IMG/VR virus record: IMGVR_UViG_3300020049_008481
DNA from: a virus
Lineage: Duplodnaviria; Heunggongvirae; Uroviricota; Caudoviricetes
Reading direction: 5' to 3' (one strand)
DNA: 16,998 nucleotides
Both the position numbers and the translations under genes were made by a program. How positions within the stretch are numbered: position 1 is the stretch's first letter; every line of letters starts with the position of its first letter. The notes under the pieces are model-generated. The model did not search any database. It saw only the letters and a program-made list of their open reading frames with translations, and was not told the DNA's origin. Of the stretch, positions 12,902 to 16,998 are shown one piece after another.

Positions 12902-13371
12902 TGACTGTATCTGTTATCCAGGGTAATCTGTTTGAGCAAGACGTTGACGCTATAGCTCATGGTTGCAATTGTCGTGGGGTAATGGGGGCGGGTATTGCTT
13001 ACATCTTCAAGCGACGTTATCCCCAAATGTTTAAGGACTACAAGCAACGTGTTGAGCGTGGGTTATTTATCCCAGGTGATATTTTCTTCTACGGAGGTGG
13101 CGGTGAAGTAAATTGGGGAGAATGGCAAAGTCACCCTTCGGTTTACAACCTTGCAACCCAACTTAATCCTGGCAGAAATGCAACTCTCGATGCTATAGAG
13201 ACCAGTCTCTACAGAATGGAGAAGCACGCTAAGGCTATAGGGATAAGAACAATTGCTATTCCTCGCATTGGGTCAGGCATTGGCGGTCTTCCAGTTGCTG
13301 CCATAGAGAATGTAGTTCGGGAAGTATTTGAAGATAGTGAAATCCACCTAACGATCGTTGACTATCAGTAA
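12901..13371 (+). CDS. Macrodomain protein (ADP-ribose/Appr-1''-p processing; TARG1/DarG-like signature)
   Basis: GNLF..D..AIAHGCNCRGVMGAGIA, YNLATQ, IAIPRIGSGIGGL. Translationally coupled to the ligase (TAATG). Confidence 0.9.
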   Translation: MTVSVIQGNLFEQDVDAIAHGCNCRGVMGAGIAYIFKRRYPQMFKDYKQRVERGLFIPGDIFFYGGGGEVNWGEWQSHPSVYNLATQLNPGRNATLDAIETSLYRMEKHAKAIGIRTIAIPRIGSGIGGLPVAAIENVVREVFEDSEIHLTIVDYQ

Positions 13372-13479
13372 TCTTTGGTTGGTTGGGGATTCCGATTTAA
13401 TAAGGTGGTCGGATAAGGGCTACAAGGGGATGAGGTAGCTCAAGCTCGCTAGCATACCGAGTGAAACGTATGCTACCAT

Positions 13480-13554
13480 GCCCCTGTAGCTCAGCCAGGA
13501 AAGAGCGGCAAACTTCTAATTTGCTGGTCGGGAGTTCAAATCTCTCCGGGGGCA
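13480..13554 (+). tRNA. trnR: tRNA-Arg(TCT), no encoded CCA
   Basis: Acceptor GCCCCTG/CGGGGGC plus A. Anticodon arm GCAAA-CTTCTAA-TTTGC. T-arm GGGAG-TTCAAAT-CTCTC. Confidence 0.95.
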
Positions 13555-13557
13555 CTT

Positions 13558-13752
13558 ATGATTAAAGCAACCCAAGCAGCATCACAAAGAACAAAAAACC
13601 GTGTACGAGAACACACCGACCATTGGGAACACACACAAACCAGAAACAACATCGTTTCATTTCCTGGACAGACAGTAGCAGAGTTTCGCTGCCCAGAGTC
13701 TTGTGGTTGGTTTGGATGGGTTCCCCTAAACGAAATAGATTATGGAGAATAA
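13558..13752 (+). CDS. Hypothetical protein, 64 aa, with a C-terminal CPxxC
   Basis: The ORF fills the gap. There is no room for an RBS after the tRNA. Confidence 0.6.
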   Translation: MIKATQAASQRTKNRVREHTDHWEHTQTRNNIVSFPGQTVAEFRCPESCGWFGWVPLNEIDYGE

Positions 13753-13753
13753 C

Positions 13754-13921
13754 ATGCCAGATTGGAAAACGCTTTGCACTAGGCTGAATCATGCAGTCGT
13801 TGAACTTGAGGCAGCAACAAATGCTCAGGAACGAATTGCTTGGGCTGCAGAAGTGCAGGCTCTCGTCGCTCTCAAAGAGAGTTACAGGTCTAGCGTTGGC
13901 GGCGAACGGTGGGGGTGGTAA
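13754..13921 (+). CDS. Hypothetical helical protein, 55 aa
   Basis: GGAG RBS; translated by hand as MPDWKTLCTRLNHAVVELEAA... Confidence 0.7.
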   Translation: MPDWKTLCTRLNHAVVELEAATNAQERIAWAAEVQALVALKESYRSSVGGERWGW

Positions 13922-13923
13922 TC

Positions 13924-14277
13924 ATGGAACTTGGTGATGTTTGCGAGGAATGCAACCTAGAATGCGTGGAAGTTGCTCCTGGTGGTTTAGACTGCCGCGA
14001 AATGGGGGTAGATCCATGCTTGGGACGTATGAAGGGGGTCTTGGTTGCATGCTGCGGGCATGGTAAGATGAAGGGGTACATGAATCTGGAAAGAGAAGAT
14101 GGGGGTGTCACCTCCATCGGGTTCCGCCCCATTGAGGTGACTCATAGGAAAATCATTACTGTAGAGGAACAGCTAGAACTAACTGGCCTATCATTAGATG
14201 ACATAGGGCCGGATTTCCCGGAATCCCGCTTAACGGATCGGGTTTTTTCCGTACCACATTGGGAACATGGCTTCTAA
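13924..14277 (+). CDS. Cys-rich hypothetical protein, 117 aa (DPC...GV..ACCGHG motif)
   Basis: GGGGTGG RBS before the ATG at 13924; putative metal-binding motif. Confidence 0.75.
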   Translation: MELGDVCEECNLECVEVAPGGLDCREMGVDPCLGRMKGVLVACCGHGKMKGYMNLEREDGGVTSIGFRPIEVTHRKIITVEEQLELTGLSLDDIGPDFPESRLTDRVFSVPHWEHGF

Positions 14278-14286
14278 AGGAATAAA

Positions 14287-14433
14287 ATGGTACTTAGCCA
14301 AGTTAAAGACCTAGAAACCCTAGAAATAGAATGGGCTAGGCATCATCTGTGTTCCATGGATGACAAAGTTCGTAAGGAAGCAAACCGCATCCTAGATAAG
14401 TATGATGCAACACCGTTCCTAACTAGGATCTGA
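14287..14433 (+). CDS. Hypothetical protein, 48 aa
   Basis: AAGGA RBS and an open frame up to the tRNA-Tyr. Confidence 0.65.
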   Translation: MVLSQVKDLETLEIEWARHHLCSMDDKVRKEANRILDKYDATPFLTRI

Positions 14434-14441
14434 AAATTCAT

Positions 14442-14528
14442 GAGTCGGTATGCAAGAGGCTGAAGCAAGCGGACTGTAAATCCGTGACGTAAGATACATC
14501 GTAGGTTCAAATCCTACTCGGCTCACCA
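14442..14528 (+). tRNA. trnY: tRNA-Tyr(GTA), CCA encoded
   Basis: Acceptor GAGTCGG/TCGGCTC plus ACCA. Anticodon arm GCGGA-CTGTAAA-TCCGT. Long variable arm. T-arm GTAGG-TTCAAAT-CCTAC. Confidence 0.95.
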
Positions 14529-14547
14529 ACTAAAGAAAGAAAACTAA

Positions 14548-14919
14548 ATGACACTAACAAGAGACGAAATCAAGGATCAACTCATCGCAATTTGTGAGGC
14601 CAATCCTAATACAGTCAACCCTGTAGATTATGACAAACAATGCTTATATGAGCTAGTTGTCAAAGGGTCGACAGGTGTTCGTGTAGAACACTGTCTTTTG
14701 GGGCAGCTTGCAGTCAACAATGGCTGGCCTCTAGGTAATTTAACGAGAACATACGGTTGTGATGATACTGATTACAAGTACGCATTTGCCAGTGTCAAGG
14801 CTTATGTAAATGAGTGGCCTATTGACCCCGATGACTTAGAGTTTCTGGATATAGTCCAGGCAGACGCTGATAGAGGTGTCGAGTGGGGCACTCTTGTAGA
14901 AAGGATTGAAAGATTATGA
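14548..14919 (+). CDS. Hypothetical protein, 123 aa
   Basis: Long ORF with an ATGA overlap to the next gene. Confidence 0.8.
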   Translation: MTLTRDEIKDQLIAICEANPNTVNPVDYDKQCLYELVVKGSTGVRVEHCLLGQLAVNNGWPLGNLTRTYGCDDTDYKYAFASVKAYVNEWPIDPDDLEFLDIVQADADRGVEWGTLVERIERL

Positions 14920-15044
14920 CACCTAGAGAAGCAATAGAAATTCTTGTTCATGAGGTTGAATTAACAATAGACCTAGATGACGAACTCCTAGAAGCAGTTA
15001 ACCTAGTCAAGTCGTTTTTCCTGGAAGGAAACCAATGTTCATAG
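14916..15044 (+). CDS. Hypothetical acidic protein, 42 aa (MTPREAIEIL...)
   Basis: ATGA overlap; translated by hand. Confidence 0.6.
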   Translation: MTPREAIEILVHEVELTIDLDDELLEAVNLVKSFFLEGNQCS

Positions 15045-15286
15045 CCATATTACTCACCATCTGGACCTTAGCCGTATGTAGAATATGTTATAAGGTTGGC
15101 TGGGTTGAGGGTTTCAACACTTTCAAGAATGAATCATCCGTTAGTGAGGATAACATGACTGACCTTAACGCGCATATCAGACAGGAAGATACGGCATCCG
15201 GTGCTATTCGTAAGGAGTCTAAGAGGCTTCCTTGGGTGTGGCGACGTATCGCTGAGATTAACCGACGACAAGATGAAAGAAAATGA
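15035..15286 (+). CDS. Hypothetical protein, 83 aa, with an N-terminal TM/signal segment
   Basis: GGAAGG RBS and a hydrophobic N-terminus. Confidence 0.65.
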   Translation: MFIAILLTIWTLAVCRICYKVGWVEGFNTFKNESSVSEDNMTDLNAHIRQEDTASGAIRKESKRLPWVWRRIAEINRRQDERK

Positions 15287-15346
15287 ATCCTGACCAAGCC
15301 CTAATCGAATCAGGACTATACGCCAAACCCGAATGGGAGGAAGAAA

Positions 15347-15553
15347 ATGAGCCTACTGACAGTCGCAACAGAAACCGCCAACATGGGGTTTCTGGAAGAA
15401 TTCCGAAGCATCGTAACTGACCCTGCCCACATTCTTGCAGAAGGAGTATGGGAACTTGTTACAGGATTCCTCCTGTACCCTGTCGTAGTCAAAGTGTGGC
15501 ATTACGCCATTCTTAAGCATGATAAAGAACATCACCATGAAACTAGGATATGA
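15347..15553 (+). CDS. Small membrane protein, 68 aa, with a His-rich C-terminus
   Basis: GGGAGG RBS, a TM segment, and HDKEHHH. Confidence 0.7.
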   Translation: MSLLTVATETANMGFLEEFRSIVTDPAHILAEGVWELVTGFLLYPVVVKVWHYAILKHDKEHHHETRI

Positions 15554-15603
15554 TGCTACTCTATTACGTTATCAACTTCTACTGTGCAGCCCGACTAGAT
15601 TGG

Positions 15604-15612
15604 TGCTATAAT
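15604..15612 (+). promoter_or_regulatory. Possible extended -10 promoter (TGCTATAAT)
   Basis: Perfect TGnTATAAT with a poor -35. It overlaps the ATG at 15611. Confidence 0.3.
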
Positions 15613-15997
15613 GTTCTCCTACCCTACGTTCAAGTGCAGTCATGGCCACGTTTTTACAACCTTCGGCGTTCATGATCATTGTTTGAAAGTAATTAACGGC
15701 AAACATTGTGATGGTATTGTAATAAGAGAGGCTACACAAGTATTCATGCAAGATGAAAAGAGAAAAACATGCCCATCACCATCGATGACTTCCCCGGCGA
15801 ACCCGGCACCGCCACCATCGCCACCCTGCTCGCCCGCCCCGACGCCCACGACCTACGGGTGCACTCTGTCGAAGGCTACGACTGCGGCTACGACTCATGG
15901 AACGTCTGGCCCCCCAGCCTCATCGTCCACGTCGTCATCCCCGACCCGCCGCCACCCGCCGCCGTCGCCGCCCGCGAGATGGCGTCAATCTCAGTGA
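15611..15997 (+). CDS. Zn-ribbon-like protein (F.C..GH...C...C) whose frame runs on into the GC-rich insert
   Basis: The first ~50 aa resemble 3792-3941 in Cys/His spacing. The Pro/Ser-rich tail is the shadow of the overlapping 15769 gene. Confidence 0.5.
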   Translation: MFSYPTFKCSHGHVFTTFGVHDHCLKVINGKHCDGIVIREATQVFMQDEKRKTCPSPSMTSPANPAPPPSPPCSPAPTPTTYGCTLSKATTAATTHGTSGPPASSSTSSSPTRRHPPPSPPARWRQSQ

Positions 15998-16134
15998 AGA
16001 ACCCGCCCGGGCGACCGGCCCTGCTGATCCGTCTCAGCTACCGACGGTGGGTTGCCCATCCCCGGCTCCATTGGGCGAGTAAGTCGTTCTTCGATGAGGT
16101 CGGCCAGTGGGTCGCTCATCGTCCTGCCCACTGA
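15769..16134 (+). CDS. GC-rich hypothetical protein, 121 aa, with a Pro-rich linker
   Basis: Strong GC3 bias that contrasts with its neighbours. Confidence 0.7.
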   Translation: MPITIDDFPGEPGTATIATLLARPDAHDLRVHSVEGYDCGYDSWNVWPPSLIVHVVIPDPPPPAAVAAREMASISVKNPPGRPALLIRLSYRRWVAHPRLHWASKSFFDEVGQWVAHRPAH

Positions 16135-16139
16135 CGCTC

Positions 16140-16256
16140 ATGCCACAGGCGGCGAAGGGCAACAGGCCACGGCTGGAGCGGGCTGACGAAACACAGTCGC
16201 ATTGCGAGTCCATCGGGTGCCCCTGTTACAGCGGCCTTTGGGTGGTGAAGCGATGA
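16140..16256 (+). CDS. Possible 38-aa Cys-containing peptide (HCESIGCPC)
   Basis: Short ORF in the GC-rich insert with a weak RBS. Confidence 0.3.
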   Translation: MPQAAKGNRPRLERADETQSHCESIGCPCYSGLWVVKR

Positions 16257-16298
16257 TGACTTGCCCAGCATTTAAACATGAAACTTATAGGAGAAAAT

Positions 16299-16676
16299 AT
16301 GAATAAGCAACAGTTTGATCTATCAACAGAAATCATTGAGTCCAATGGGGTAACAGCCGTTAGACTCAAGGCCGACATCGGTGGCAAGACGTTCTTTGCA
16401 AACGGAACAGCCAGACGTGACCCGGTGGACCGAAATGACCCTGAGATTGCTTACGGTCTAGCATACGGTAGGGCATTACGTCAGCTTGGTAGAGTAACTT
16501 TACACAACGCACAGGATAAGGTGCGGCGTGTCCAGCGACAGCCTGCTCCTGTCACCCCAAGTGGTGACAACCGAATTTCGATCAGCAAAGATGACCTGGA
16601 TAGGCTTATGGGGTTCTCTCTAGCTTGGGGTTCAGAAGATGCTTTCGCTCTATGCAAGAAGCTGAGTAGTGAGTGA
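16299..16676 (+). CDS. DUF1876 (Rv2632c-like, dsRBD-fold) domain protein
   Basis: AGGAG RBS before 16299. G.ARRDP.D..DPEI..GLA..RAL matches the DUF1876 signature as I recall it. Confidence 0.72.
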   Translation: MNKQQFDLSTEIIESNGVTAVRLKADIGGKTFFANGTARRDPVDRNDPEIAYGLAYGRALRQLGRVTLHNAQDKVRRVQRQPAPVTPSGDNRISISKDDLDRLMGFSLAWGSEDAFALCKKLSSE

Positions 16677-16863
16677 AATCCCTGTCCTGTACGCTCTCTG
16701 CGACTGCTACGTGTGGCCCATTCCATTAATCGAAGCGCAACATGAAAGCCGATGCGGAAGATGCAAGACAGTAGCAAAAAACCTTAGCCATATGATTTCT
16801 AAGGAAGAAGCATTGGAAATCTTCAAAGAAAAGCATGGCTCATATCCTGAGCCTATAGTATGA
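16669..16863 (+). CDS. Small Cys-rich protein, 64 aa (CxC...CxxC)
   Basis: GTG start overlapping the previous gene, and an ATG overlap with the next. Confidence 0.65.
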   Translation: MSEIPVLYALCDCYVWPIPLIEAQHESRCGRCKTVAKNLSHMISKEEALEIFKEKHGSYPEPIV

Positions 16864-16998
16864 AGTGTCCCGAGTGTCAAGTTCCCGACCATGATACCTG
16901 TCCGATGAGGAATGGCATATGCTCATGTTGTATAGCTACAATGTGTCAAATGTTTGATGATGGACAACTCGGACCCACTTCTAAATACGAAGGAGATA
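16860..16998 (+). CDS. Cys-rich small protein, partial (MKCPECQ...CSCC)
   Basis: Open frame to the window end. Confidence 0.55.
   Translation, partial: MKCPECQVPDHDTCPMRNGICSCCIATMCQMFDDGQLGPTSKYEGD

Noticed and set aside
15283-15420. ORF MNPDQALIESG...
   Set aside because: It overlaps the better-supported 15347 gene, which has a GGGAGG RBS, for over half its length. Left unannotated, though it may be a short real gene.
16183-16192. Hammerhead ribozyme core (CTGACGA...GAAA)
   Set aside because: CTGACGA runs straight into AAC with no stem II, and no flanking stems I/III were found.

Overview
This window looks like part of a large tailed-phage genome, probably infecting a high-GC actinobacterium (an inference from codon usage, the tRNA set and a DUF1876-like gene). 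All credible genes are on the + strand. The left ~3.2 kb is unusual. It starts with a 90-bp tandem repeat array, then ~1.5 kb with no credible ORF and very dense hairpins (candidate large ncRNA) that ends in a 56-nt tRNA-like element with no anticodon arm. This is followed by a 174-aa orphan gene, a terminator hairpin, and a second ~550-nt structured non-coding region. Each array unit carries a hairpin whose 13-nt loop is exactly complementary to a hairpin loop at 866-878 inside the large ncRNA candidate. The rest is a dense run of small accessory genes. It includes a tRNA/RNA maintenance toolkit (metallophosphoesterase, CCA-adding nucleotidyltransferase, P-loop PNK-like kinase, Rnl1-type RNA ligase, macrodomain) and four tRNAs (Ile-TAT with an atypical class II body, Leu-TAA, Arg-TCT, Tyr-GTA). 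It also has a minimal protein-kinase-like ORF, a (Gly-Tyr/Asn/Asp)38 repeat protein, two apparent +1 frameshifts and a GC-rich insert near the right end. All structures and protein calls were made by eye, with no folding or database searches.
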